Of a DNA stretch of 64,000 nucleotides, positions 1 through 10,774 are shown one piece after another. Below the pieces are notes generated by a model that saw only the letters and a list, made by a program, of their open reading frames with translations, was not told where the DNA came from and did not search any database. The stretch comes from Candidatus Poribacteria bacterium (GTDB taxonomy: Bacteria > Poribacteria > WGA-4E > WGA-3G): assembly GCA_965197475.1 (NCBI GenBank), contig CBDANF010000003.1, positions 3,904,001-3,968,000 of the forward strand. Reading direction: 5' to 3'. How positions within the stretch are numbered: the first letter of the stretch is position 1; each line of letters opens with the position of its first letter. The position numbers were made by a program, and so were the translations under genes.

Positions 1-1
1 T

Positions 2-2443
2 TGCTGGTACTCTTCCAATTAGCATGTCTGCGAAACTATCAGTGCCGCGGAAAGTAACAAACTGATGATCGCTTGCCGATGAACCGTAACCTGGGACTTG
101 CACCTGAGTTGTAGGCACAAAAAAAATCTTGTCTTTTAGGCTTGTATCTCCAACTAACAACACATAGGTCGGTGCTGGTGGTTGCCAGTTTTGATAAGCA
201 TACTTAAGGAAATCTCGGAGTGCGTAAGGATTGAGAATTCCATAATTAAACTCATCATAAATATTCTGTACATCTGCCACTTTAGTGCGCATCCCTTGCT
301 GGTTTCGGAATTCGGCAAGGGGTTGCACGTCTCGCATAAATTCTGTATCCGTAATGATGATGTAATCTGCACCGTTATGTAGACCGCGTAGGTCGGATGG
401 TATATCCTTAATAATTTTCTTAGGTTTTCGGTATTTGTCTTTTGTGAGGGCAATATATTGGATAGCTGTGTTGAGGGGTAGCGGTTCATCAGGTTGGATT
501 TGTGGCACGCCTCCGATACGTGATGATTGAAAATCAACACTGTAGACCCCCGGCATATCCTCATCTTCCATTGGAACAAAACCGATATAACGAGTGCCGT
601 CAACACCATAAATTTTAATATTAGGGTTAGAGAAGCTTTTTAACTCAACTTTAAAATTAGGATTTATATTACCGGTTTCGTCATCAGGTATTAAGGTGAT
701 TGAAAAGGGTAGGACACTGTTTACTGCTTCATACGTTCGCCAATAATCAATTTCAAACCAGTTCAACATAATGAGATCCAATCCTTGTCCTCCAGGGCTA
801 ACCGCACCAATTGTATTCCTTCCGTTTTTGAGTATAGATTGTGAGATTTCTCGATTCTCAAATTGATATTCCGTATCCCCGATCCATCTTGGTGTTCCAA
901 GCACAATATCATTATTCAACCACAGTTCCGTAAAATGTGCATCTTCTGATCTACCGTGCAATGCAACGCGTATAGTGGCAGACTGACCGGTTCCGGCAAC
1001 ACCTTTGATAAAAAAAGGAAAAGCCCTTGTTTCTGGCGCAGTGATTTGTGCCCAAAACCAACTGTCGTTTGGCAAATCAGGTAGAGTATTGAGAAGGAAA
1101 TGTCGTACTTGGATACTACCGCCAAAATCTTCGTACTCACTTCCTTCTGGTAGGCCAAAATTTTTAAAACGCCGTAACTGATTATCCTTTTCAAAGTGGG
1201 CGCGTGTGAGAAAGTTGTTAGGTTGATAGAGGGCGGGTGTATCTGTAGAAAATTCAGGTGTTTCTGTGGAAACCAATGTCGTTTCCATTCTGAGCCCCGG
1301 CCCTGCATTCCACGAAAGCCAATAGACATTTTCATCTGAATAGTGGTCAAAATAAGTTTTTTCACCACTATGACGTTCTCCGTAGAAGATGATTTCACCT
1401 TCTGCGTCAAACCCTATGGCACTATCTGCTGTGCTCCCGTTACCTGCGTTCCGCACGAAGATTGGAATCTGCTTCCCTTTGTTTGAAAGCGTCAATGTGG
1501 ATGGTCTGATAGTCGTTATATCAACACCAGCTGCTGCTAAATCGCTTGCTGCGATTCGGTACATACCGGACTCAGCGATAATGATTTTGTAGCGAGGTGA
1601 GGTGATTGCTGGGGCACTGGGTAAAGAGAAGAGAGAACTATCTCCAGTTAGTGTTCCAACTGTGGATGAATCGCTCCCTGGAATCGCATGCATAACTGAG
1701 GAACGCCACTGCTTAGCAGCTTGTGGATTAATCAGTAGATTTTTGAACATTTCCTCATAAACAGCAGATTCCGGACGAGGGAATCCTTGAATCGCTGACG
1801 GGGCGTTTGCTGATCCGTTGAATTGCACCTCAACTACAAGCCGATGGTAGAGTTTAACTACGCCGCTGACAGGATTATATTGAACAGGGTTTAGTTGAAT
1901 AGGAAGAACACGGTTTTCTCGAATCCAACCAGCTGTTCCAATTTTCGTAAGATTGCGTGGGAAAAATTGATTGGTAGTATATGCATTATTGGATCTTTGT
2001 CCTCGGTTTGATGCCTCTCTCTTGAAATCCCATCTGCTATTCGCTATCGTATGTTTTAGTTTATATGTGCTAAAATCTTCACTTTCAACGATGCGGACCG
2101 TAAAACTCGCGTCAGACGGAACCCCTATCAGTGTAGTTTGCATGGGCAGGCGGGGAATTCCTTGTTCAGTTGTGAAACGACATCCTGGGAATGAGAGTCT
2201 TTGAAACTGTTTGCCGTCGTGCTCCAATGTTTCAATCTCAAAATCTGATTTGGGAATAGTGAGTTGAATCGTAACCCCTTGTGGAGTTGCACTTATCAGT
2301 TGAATTTTTCCGCTGTCGGGTATTATCTCTTTCGCTGACGCTCGGTTAGTTTGGTCCGCTGCTGCCTCCAGCGGCATAACGTCACAGAATGATACAATCT
2401 TTAAAAGAATTAAAATTGCTGTTAGAAATGTAGTGTGTTTCAT
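2..2443 (-). CDS. Secreted gingipain-like C25 cysteine peptidase with C25 propeptide (3' end beyond window edge; not in ORF track)
   Basis: Hand translation of segments from ATG at 2443: signal peptide MKHTTFLTAILILLKIVSF, propeptide-like GIPRLPMQTTLIGVP and LNPVQYNP. Near position 150-370, C25-like DYIIITDTEFMRDVQPLAEFR...IYDEFNYG...PTYVLLVGD. Not every codon was checked. Confidence 0.8.
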   Translation of the reverse strand, partial: MKHTTFLTAILILLKIVSFCDVMPLEAAADQTNRASAKEIIPDSGKIQLISATPQGVTIQLTIPKSDFEIETLEHDGKQFQRLSFPGCRFTTEQGIPRLPMQTTLIGVPSDASFTVRIVESEDFSTYKLKHTIANSRWDFKREASNRGQRSNNAYTTNQFFPRNLTKIGTAGWIRENRVLPIQLNPVQYNPVSGVVKLYHRLVVEVQFNGSANAPSAIQGFPRPESAVYEEMFKNLLINPQAAKQWRSSVMHAIPGSDSSTVGTLTGDSSLFSLPSAPAITSPRYKIIIAESGMYRIAASDLAAAGVDITTIRPSTLTLSNKGKQIPIFVRNAGNGSTADSAIGFDAEGEIIFYGERHSGEKTYFDHYSDENVYWLSWNAGPGLRMETTLVSTETPEFSTDTPALYQPNNFLTRAHFEKDNQLRRFKNFGLPEGSEYEDFGGSIQVRHFLLNTLPDLPNDSWFWAQITAPETRAFPFFIKGVAGTGQSATIRVALHGRSEDAHFTELWLNNDIVLGTPRWIGDTEYQFENREISQSILKNGRNTIGAVSPGGQGLDLIMLNWFEIDYWRTYEAVNSVLPFSITLIPDDETGNINPNFKVELKSFSNPNIKIYGVDGTRYIGFVPMEDEDMPGVYSVDFQSSRIGGVPQIQPDEPLPLNTAIQYIALTKDKYRKPKKIIKDIPSDLRGLHNGADYIIITDTEFMRDVQPLAEFRNQQGMRTKVADVQNIYDEFNYGILNPYALRDFLKYAYQNWQPPAPTYVLLVGDTSLKDKIFFVPTTQVQVPGYGSSASDHQFVTFRGTDSFADMLIGRVPA

Positions 2444-2487
2444 TTTATAACCAGATATTCAGGGGAACGAGAGAATGAGGAATTCTC

Positions 2488-3171
2488 TCACTTGTTTTTT
2501 GCGAGGTGGTAGACCTCAATTTCTCGGATTTGGGCTATTGATGGTTGAATGACTCGGTGGTGCGGAAAGTATTGGCCTCCTATCATTTGACGTTCGTTTA
2601 CCACTCTGTCGCCAGGATCAAGGACAACTTTGTTCACAACGATGTCATCTACAGTCCGAGTAACAACTATCCGGACCATCTGCGTGTGAAAGTTCAACCT
2701 ATCAAAAACGAATTTGGATTGTGCACGCTTGCCTTCTAAGTCGCGCCGCTGAACAACAGAATGGAAAGTTTCCCATTCATCTGTTTCAGGGTTCAGATAT
2801 TCCATCTCAAACCGAAATAGATTCTCGTTGTGAATGACGATTTTTCGGACAGGATGTACGTCTGTAAATCGAATGATGAAGTTACGCACATTCTTCGCGG
2901 GAAGGGTTGCTACAGTTTGGAGGTTGCCATCGTTCATACCCGGGTGGTTCGCTTCCGTGCCGTAGTTGGCTCGCGCGATATTTTCACTGTACTGCGTTGA
3001 CAATAGCGCAGCAAGTCGGCAAGCATTAAGATTTAAACAGATAAAAAATAGACTGAGTACGTAGAATACATTTTTCCACCAAGTTACATCTGTATAGGTT
3101 TTCGTGAAAATAGAACAACGTGGTAAGTTTCGGAAAAGTTTTACGAAACTTTTTCTGTTTACTCGTCCCAT
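2488..3171 (-). CDS. Hypothetical exported protein, possible discoidin/galactose-binding-like beta-sandwich
   Basis: 227-aa ORF with hydrophobic N-terminal segment and a C-terminal IREIEVY strand typical of F5/8-type C-like domains; start uncertain. Confidence 0.6.
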   Translation of the reverse strand: MGRVNRKSFVKLFRNLPRCSIFTKTYTDVTWWKNVFYVLSLFFICLNLNACRLAALLSTQYSENIARANYGTEANHPGMNDGNLQTVATLPAKNVRNFIIRFTDVHPVRKIVIHNENLFRFEMEYLNPETDEWETFHSVVQRRDLEGKRAQSKFVFDRLNFHTQMVRIVVTRTVDDIVVNKVVLDPGDRVVNERQMIGGQYFPHHRVIQPSIAQIREIEVYHLAKNK

Positions 3172-3455
3172 TTTGTTTCCTCCAGAAATTCTACATCAAA
3201 ATGATCTACAATGCCCATTATAAGTTCCCGGATTGGTGCGTTTTCTATACCGAAAACCTCTTGCGCAACGCCAGGACCGGCACCTACAATCACCGTGTCA
3301 CCTTCACCTGCGCCCACATAATCAACAGCAATTGTTGGTGTGCGAACGAGTTCGGATCTTAGACTCAACGGTTGGACAAGCAGCAACGTTCGATTTTGAT
3401 ATGCCGGATGCTTAATCACTGAAACTACTTTGCCAATTACTTTTGCTAAGTACAT
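3159..3455 (-). CDS. EutN/CcmL family bacterial microcompartment vertex protein (BMC-P)
   Basis: MYLAKVIGKVVSVIKH...IAVDYVGAGEGDTV...IMGIVD family motifs. Confidence 0.92.
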   Translation of the reverse strand: MYLAKVIGKVVSVIKHPAYQNRTLLLVQPLSLRSELVRTPTIAVDYVGAGEGDTVIVGAGPGVAQEVFGIENAPIRELIMGIVDHFDVEFLEETKWDE

Positions 3456-3490
3456 AAAAACCTTAATCTCGCGATATATTTGGATAGTGT

Positions 3491-3772
3491 TTAACTCAGT
3501 TCTTCAAGCAGAGAGACCGAATCCACAATACCAACAATCGCTACATCTACCGGCATCCGCTTTCCGGGCATAACACCTACAGCATCTCCCCCAGTAACGA
3601 TATAGACGATTTCTCCTACCCCTGCGTCCTGTAACGTATCAACTGCAACGAGAGGCGCGGAAATAGGGTTCTGTTTTTCATCTAAAGGTTCCACGATGAG
3701 AAGACGTGTGCCTTCTAAGCTCGGGTCCTTTCGGGTCGCGACAACGGTTCCAATTACTTTTCCTATATCCAT
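3491..3772 (-). CDS. EutN/CcmL family bacterial microcompartment vertex protein (BMC-P)
   Basis: MDIGKVIGTVVATRKD...LVAVD..DAGVGEIV...PVDVAIVGIVD. Confidence 0.93.
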   Translation of the reverse strand: MDIGKVIGTVVATRKDPSLEGTRLLIVEPLDEKQNPISAPLVAVDTLQDAGVGEIVYIVTGGDAVGVMPGKRMPVDVAIVGIVDSVSLLEELS

Positions 3773-3810
3773 TAGTATTATCTCATTTTGATTTAATTCA
3801 TTTAAATTTA

Positions 3811-3932
3811 CAGGGCTTACGCAATGTGTTTAAAAGTCCCACTGATAAGGGGGATTTAGGGGGTTAAAAGCACCAATTCTGCCTATTTAACCCCCTAACC
3901 CCCCTTATCAAGGGGGCAATGCGAAAGTCCTG
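3811..3932. repeat. MITE-like element with internal palindrome
   Basis: Terminal IRs CAGGGCTTACGCA / TGCGAAAGTCCTG; internal IR TGATAAGGGGGATTTAGGGGGTTAAA ... TTTAACCCCCTAACCCCCCTTATCA. Confidence 0.75.
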
Positions 3933-3944
3933 ATTTATAAACTG

Positions 3945-5378
3945 TTATTTGATGCCATATTCGTTTAACTTTGTATGAAGCGTGTTTCGGTTGATTCCAA
4001 GTATCTCTGAAGCTTTGCTGCGATTTCCCTCAGTATGTTCAAGGACAATTTCAAAGAGCGGCTTCTCAAAAATCGATCGAATTGCGGCGTACAATTCTCC
4101 AGCATCTGCTTCAGATTCCAGATAACGCATCACTTCACCCTGAAGTAGCGCGTAAATCTGTTGATCCAAGTTTTGATGATCTATCGTGCTATTTGTAAGC
4201 GGTTTCTCGAAAATTTGTGAAAAATGTTCTGTAAGTAACATCTGCCCAGAGCACATCACAAGGGCGCGTTTGATAACATTTTCAAGCTCGCGAACGTTTC
4301 CGGGCCACTCATACGCAATAAGTTTCTTTATTGTATCAGAGGCGATCCCAATTTTGGGAAGTTGATATTCCTGAGCGAATCGGCTTGTAAATAGGTCAAT
4401 AAGTTCTGGAATATCCTCTTTTCTTTCTTTGAGAGGGGGTAACGAAATAGGTACAACATTCAAACGGTAGTAGAGATCGTCTCGAAATTTCTTTTGTGCT
4501 ATTGCAGCGTCCAGTTTTCGGTTAGTTGCAGCAATAATTCGCACGTTCACTGATCGCGTCTCATTGCTACCCACCGGTTCTATTTCTCGTTCCTGAAGAA
4601 CACGTAACAATTTCATTTGCACATCAATAGGCAATTCACCCACTTCATCAAGAAAAATTGTTCCGCTATCCGCCTGTTCAAACTTACCCTTACGGTCGGC
4701 ATGAGCATCTGTGAATGCACCTTTGACGTGCCCAAAAAGTGTGCTTTCAATAAGACCCGGAGGTATAGCACTACAATCAACCACGACAAACGGATTTTCA
4801 TTGCGTGGACTATTTTGATGAATCAGTTCCGCTACCAATTCTTTACCTGTGCCGCTTTCACCCATAATGAGCACGGTTTCACCACTGACTGCAGCACGTC
4901 CAATAATCTGATAAACAGTTTGCATCGCAGGACTCTGCCCCACCATTCTTCCTTGTCCATCAATCGTTTGTGCTGTTTGTGCGACACTGATCTCCGTTTC
5001 CTCTTTCGTAATACTTGCTGCAGATGCTGCACGGTTGACCAGATCAAGTAGTTCATTTCGGTCAATAGGTTTTGTAAGGTAACTATATGCGCGGCGTTTG
5101 GCAGCTTCAATCGCAGTTTGTGTTGTTCCGTGTCCAGTGATGATAATAATTGCCGCAGTCGGATTCAATCCCTGAATAGATTCTATCAACTCCAGTCCGT
5201 CTGCATCTCCTAAGAAGATATCCAGAAGGATTACATCAAACTCGTTTGTCTCAACGCAATCAATAGCCTCTTTCCCATTTCGTGCTTTGACAGTATAATA
5301 GCCTGCTTTTTCAAGCGCGGCACTTAAGACTAAACGTAGACTGTGGTCGTCATCGGCAATTAAGACTGAATAAGGCAT
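3945..5378 (-). CDS. Sigma54-dependent response regulator (NtrC family: REC-AAA+-Fis HTH)
   Basis: REC domain, GESGTGKE Walker A, GAFTDA loop, WPGNVRELEN, C-terminal HTH. Confidence 0.95.
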   Translation of the reverse strand: MPYSVLIADDDHSLRLVLSAALEKAGYYTVKARNGKEAIDCVETNEFDVILLDIFLGDADGLELIESIQGLNPTAAIIIITGHGTTQTAIEAAKRRAYSYLTKPIDRNELLDLVNRAASAASITKEETEISVAQTAQTIDGQGRMVGQSPAMQTVYQIIGRAAVSGETVLIMGESGTGKELVAELIHQNSPRNENPFVVVDCSAIPPGLIESTLFGHVKGAFTDAHADRKGKFEQADSGTIFLDEVGELPIDVQMKLLRVLQEREIEPVGSNETRSVNVRIIAATNRKLDAAIAQKKFRDDLYYRLNVVPISLPPLKERKEDIPELIDLFTSRFAQEYQLPKIGIASDTIKKLIAYEWPGNVRELENVIKRALVMCSGQMLLTEHFSQIFEKPLTNSTIDHQNLDQQIYALLQGEVMRYLESEADAGELYAAIRSIFEKPLFEIVLEHTEGNRSKASEILGINRNTLHTKLNEYGIK

Positions 5379-5483
5379 AAATTGTCCTCACTTTTCAGAT
5401 TTATGAGAGACACTAAAATTGAAAGTTGCAATACCCATTGAGGTATTCTTCTTTTAATACCTCTGTTTTAAAGGAAATCTACC

Positions 5484-8400
5484 CTAACTTGGCTCTTCCG
5501 AACGGTCAAGCAGTTCTTTGAGGTCATAGTTTACACTTGTTACACCGAAGTCCAAATCTTTCTCAAATGGCTTTCGAATGTAGTGGATTTCTTTGGCTGC
5601 CTCATCTTCTACTACAACGATTGCGAGAATGAAACTGTCCGGCTTGTTGAGGGCAGTAAGAATCTGTGTTTTAGAAATAGTAACAGTCGTAGCGTCCTTG
5701 GACTTTCCTTTCACCTCAATAAAACGCAACTGATTAGTCTTTGAATCTTTAGACTCAATATCAAAGCCAGGATTTTGATGAGGCATCTCTTTAGGTTCGT
5801 GACCAAGATCACGTTCCGCTTCCATAACAGCATCGACTGCAAGCCTATCAATCCGTGCCCTGTCAGTTTGTAAAATATCAACGGGGACAGATTCGTCTTC
5901 ATCGGATGTATCCAATAAACACTGCGGCACAATAAGCGCGCCACCAATCACTTGCGGTGGCATTGCTGAAATATGTAGTTCCTGCTCCGCTTCTTCTACC
6001 CGTTTATTTAGCCTTGCCCTGAACTCATCAACTCGTTGTTCTGCATTTTCCATTTTCCTTTTTACCTTTGCCGGGTCTACTTCATATCTTGTACGATCTG
6101 CTTCTGTGAGGCTTTCAATCCATTCTTCGAATTCTTTACCCTGTTTGACTATGTCTTCCCAATAGTTTACCTCATATTGTAGTCTTTTCTGAACTGCATC
6201 CATTCTCTTGTGGACTAAATTCTCTCTATGCTCCTTTACTCGGCTAAGTTGCTGTGGGATAAGGCGTTTTACCGCATAATTCTTAATTTCCGATTCTAAA
6301 TCCTCGTTTAGCCAATCTGCTTCTAACAAAGGGTAAACCTGTGGTAACTCCGCTTCAGTTATCGGACGGTAGTCAAGATAGGGAGCATACCCCGGATTAC
6401 TAATGTTTTTATTGCTATCAATTTCAACGAATAGGAGTTCCTGTGAAATCTTATTGCGTTTTCCATCGCGATTTATTCGTCCATCTTGAATAGCACATTC
6501 GAGGTAGAATAAAACACGGACACCTTTATTTTGTTCATTCGGGTCAACCAAAACTGCTCCTTGTTTGAGCAGATTACGATTGCCTTCTAAAATCGCTTCT
6601 AATGTTGCATCAAGTAACGGGCTCCCAGGAAAAATAAACTCCGCTTGCGGTTTTTTTCGGAATATCTATCTTATCCTTTTCAAACGTAATCCGATCATAT
6701 TTGCCTGGTATCCGTATATCCCGATTACGTATGTCAGCCGGGACATAATTAATTCTATAGCGTCCCGGCTCGTCTTCATATAAATTGCCATTCAGAGAGG
6801 AAAACGCTTTACAGAAAAAGGAAGCGACAAAGTGAGGTTGTAAACGACGGGTTTCCGCCCGTTCCATTTCTTCACGAATGTGTCCGATCCGTGATATGTC
6901 AATTATGCCGTGACTCAAAACATTTTCATCCATCAATTCTCGTAAATGCTCTGTATCAAATTTACCTTCAATTTTCTTCTCCAACTCTGCTTTGACTTCC
7001 GGGTTGTCGCCTTCACGAATAGCTTCAATCAGAAGTTTTCGCAGCGACGTGGCAGGAAAACATTTGCCAAGCACATCAAAAACAGCAGGCCCCAGGGCCT
7101 CAGCTTGCTGTTCAATCTTATAAAGTAGTGTCTGAAAAACTTCACCCTCACGTGTTTCTGAGGCAACAAGATTCCAGAGATGACACATTTCTGTTTGTCC
7201 AATGCGGTGTATACGACCAAAACGTTGTTCAATACGGTTCGGGTTCCATGGAAGATCGTAGTTCACCATCAGATGCGCACGTTGTAAGTTTATACCTTCA
7301 GCTGCTGCATCAGTTGCAACCAGCACTTGCACGTCTGGGTCTTGCCGGAACGCTTCCTGTATTTTACTACGGTCTGCGATTCGCGTATCGCCGCTAATCG
7401 TGACAACAGCCTCATTACGCCCAAGCAACGTCCGGATCCGGTTTGTCAAATAATGCAGCGTATCCCGATGCTCAGTGAAAATAATCAGCTTGCGACGGTG
7501 CCCTTGCGGATCGAATAACTCTTTAGCAGCTGCCGCTTCGCTTTCACCTTTTAGAAGATTTGACAACTCCTCCCACTTCCGATCTGTGCCACTTTCGCGA
7601 ACACGTTGGGCAAGACTCTCCAACCGACAGAGCGTCTGAATCTCAGCTTTCAACTCATTAATATTTTCCGCTGCAGTCGTATTCGATACGATTTTTTCCT
7701 CAGTCTCTTCTACTTCTTTAGTTGTCGATTCATCAAAAAAATTGTCCACGTCCTCATCATCTGAAAAAGAAAGCGGTAAATCCTTTTCTCTTTCTAATTT
7801 TCCATTGTTCTGTTCTTCCTCCAACCGATCCTCTAATCTATTCCGACGATTTTGAATGGAACGATAAATCGCTTCTGGTGATGACGCAAGTCGACGCTGT
7901 AAGATCGTTAGAGCGAAACTAACCCTGTTTACGCGTTGCTTGTCAAGACGGTCTGCACGATTCATCTCTACACGAACGTATTCTGTTACGCTATCGTAGA
8001 GACGTTTTTCTAAATATGAGAGTTCATAGTTTATCGTATACGCACGCCGTTCTGGGAATAAACGTGTCCCATCAAACTTTAACAAGTCTTCTTTGACCAT
8101 TCTACGCATCAAATCAGAGGTATCCACACGATGAACACCATCTCGGAAACGTCCTTCAAAACGATCCGCGTCTAATAATGCCATGAAAAGTTGAAAATCT
8201 TCCTCCTTGCCATTATGAGGGGTAGCCGTTAGCAGGAGAAAGTGTCTTGTCTGTTTACTCAGTAGTTCTCCAAGACGATAACGTTTTGTCGTTTGCAATT
8301 TACGCCCAGAGAATGTAGCAGACATCTTATGTGCTTCATCGCACACGATTATATCCCAATCCGCTTCTTTTATTTTTTCTTGAATAGCCTCGTTACGACT

Positions 8401-9024
8401 CAACTGATCTAGCCTACAAATCAGTAGATTCTTTACCACAAACGGATTTACGGCGGGCACAGCTGAATTATCAGGGGTAAGAATTTCAAAGGACAAATGA
8501 AAACGACGATACATTTCATCACGCCACTGTTCTACAAGACTACCCGGACATACAATCATGCACCTTTCCAAATCACCCCGCACAATAAGCTCTTTCAAAT
8601 ACAGTCCCGTCATGATTGTTTTTCCGGCACCGGGATCATCCGCAAGGAGATACCGCAGCGGTTGACGAGGCAGCATTTCTTCATACACTGCTGTAATCTG
8701 ATGAGGCAACGGAACCACTTGTGAGGTATGCACCGCAAGCAACGGATCAAATAGGTATGATAATTGAATGCGATAGGCTTCGGATATAAGCCGAAACATC
8801 TCACCGTCTCCATCAAAACGCCACGGTAATTCCTCAATCACAATTTCAAGTGAGGCTTCTCTATCCCGGTAAAGAAGTTCAATACGAGGTGTACCATGTG
8901 AATCTTTGTAAACAAGTTCAACAGCATCATCTCCTTGCAGAGTCGCAGATACTACTGTCACTTGTTCGTCGGGTAATATGCCTTTAACTATGATACCAGG
9001 CTGGAGTTCTTCTAAACGTGTCAA
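5484..9024 (-). pseudogene. SNF2-family helicase with C-terminal DUF3883 nuclease-like domain (DrmD-like), split by a frameshift
   Basis: ORF 6610-9024 has LLADDPGAGKT, DEAH, LTATPH and EQRFGRIHRIGQ. ORF 5484-6551 has GFDIES...FIEVKG. Removing one base from the T7 run at 6651-6657 joins them (...IPKKPQAEFIFPGSPLLDATLEAILEGNRNLLKQGAVLVDP...). Confidence 0.85.
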
Positions 9025-9134
9025 TTTGAGTGTCCTTTCGTTTTAGGTTAAGTCAAACTGCGGATGTGATGGCTATTTGTGCTTCCGGTTTTAGTTGAAA
9101 TTTTGTTCTTCGTTCACGTTGATCCAATTGATTT

Positions 9135-10691
9135 TCAATAAACTGTATTGGGAAGCGATATAATAAAAGCAGTACCGGTTGAAAGAGAACCGTCAACTTC
9201 TATGCTGCCTTCGTGTTCTGCCAAAATCTTTTGACTTATGTAAAGTCCAAGTCCTGTCCCCTTCTGTTTTGTCGTGTAAAAGGCATCAAAAAGATTTGGA
9301 ACATCGCTTGCGGAAATCCCCGGCCCCGTGTCTTGTAGCCGAATGTAAGCGGTTTTCGCTTCTTCTTGTGTATAGGTTTTAATTGTTAACGTCCCACCGG
9401 TTTCCATCGCTTCAATAGCGTTAGAAAACAGATTGAAAATGACTTGTGTTATCCCGTCCTGATTGATATTCACGGATGGGCATTCGGCATAGTCGCGAAC
9501 GACGTTTATGTTATGGCGGTCAAATTCTGGTTGATACGTAGCGAGACAGTTATCAAGTAAATCGTGAATATTGCAAAATTCCGCATCTGCGGTTGCTGGC
9601 TTACCGAAAGCAAGCAGCTGCTCAATAGATCGGTTAAGCCGATCTACCTCTTTGATAATAATTGAGGTATATTCGTCAATTTCTGCCTGTTCATCTTTAG
9701 ACAGCGGTGTGAATCGGTCAACGGGTTCACTGAGGAGCTGTGTTGCCAACCGGATACTTCCGAGCGGATTCCTAACCTCATGGGCAATTGTTGTGACCAA
9801 TTTACCGAGTGCTGCTAAACGTTCTGATTGAACCAACGCGTCAATTGTCTGTTTGATTTTCACGCGCTGCGCAATTATTGAGGCGATAATTTCTAATACC
9901 TGTAGGTCTTCGGATGCTGTAAGTTCATCTTTCGCCTTGTCAATCCGCAATGTCCCGATGATTTGATCCTCTACAATCACAGGTAAGCACCAGAAGTCAA
10001 TTTTATCTTTAGATTCAACCTGTTCAGGCGAAAATAATTTAACGGATGGTTGCGGGATGCGTTGATGTGGGACTCCCCTCGCTATGCCATCTGCCAGAAC
10101 TTCTCTCTCAATTTTCTCTATTTGGTGATCGGTGCCCCGCTTTAGTTCCGCCGCTGTTAGTCCTAAATTCACCTCAATTGGTTGAACCACCCTGCCGTTG
10201 TCATAAAGATTTAAGGTTCCGCGATAGATGCCAAGTCGCTTTGAAAGGATTTCAATAATTCGATGGAAAAGTTCTTCAAGTTCAAGTGCTGCATTTGCTG
10301 CTTGGCTCACCTCAAAGACGATCAATAGGTCGCGTACCCGCTTTTCTAATGTAGTCTTTTCGGTACTAATCCTATTCATCTCTTTAACTCGGTTCACGCG
10401 CTGAATCTGCAACTGACGAATTGTTCTGACCAAGATGTACCCAACGATTGGATACAGGAACACTACGGCAAAGTTCTCTATTTGTAGAGGGTATCGTAAA
10501 ACGTACACCCAATTGGCAGCAGTTGTCAAACCAAGCAAAAAATTCTGATTACGCGAATTTTCGTAAATTGCTGCTAACAGCATCACACCGTAGTATAGAT
10601 GTAAGACGATAAGATAATATTGAGGCACCCCCGATACATATATAATAATATTGACACATAGCACACCGAGTGATAAAAATAGCGTTTTCAT
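9135..10691 (-). CDS. Membrane sensor histidine kinase with GAF domain
   Basis: N-terminal TMs, GAF-like region, H-box AHEVRNPL, N-box NAIEAM, DTGPGI, GTGLGL. Confidence 0.93.
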   Translation of the reverse strand: MKTLFLSLGVLCVNIIIYVSGVPQYYLIVLHLYYGVMLLAAIYENSRNQNFLLGLTTAANWVYVLRYPLQIENFAVVFLYPIVGYILVRTIRQLQIQRVNRVKEMNRISTEKTTLEKRVRDLLIVFEVSQAANAALELEELFHRIIEILSKRLGIYRGTLNLYDNGRVVQPIEVNLGLTAAELKRGTDHQIEKIEREVLADGIARGVPHQRIPQPSVKLFSPEQVESKDKIDFWCLPVIVEDQIIGTLRIDKAKDELTASEDLQVLEIIASIIAQRVKIKQTIDALVQSERLAALGKLVTTIAHEVRNPLGSIRLATQLLSEPVDRFTPLSKDEQAEIDEYTSIIIKEVDRLNRSIEQLLAFGKPATADAEFCNIHDLLDNCLATYQPEFDRHNINVVRDYAECPSVNINQDGITQVIFNLFSNAIEAMETGGTLTIKTYTQEEAKTAYIRLQDTGPGISASDVPNLFDAFYTTKQKGTGLGLYISQKILAEHEGSIEVDGSLSTGTAFIISLPNTVY

Positions 10692-10774
10692 GAGACGTTT
10701 GCGTGGCGTTTGAGATTACAACCTGCAGAGAACCTCACGCGCACGCTGCGTTGATTCTCGCTCATCAATCTGAG

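Noticed and set aside
154-2204. Short ORFs listed in the first 2.2 kb
   Set aside because: Shadow frames of the large C25 peptidase gene, which the track missed because it has no stop inside the window
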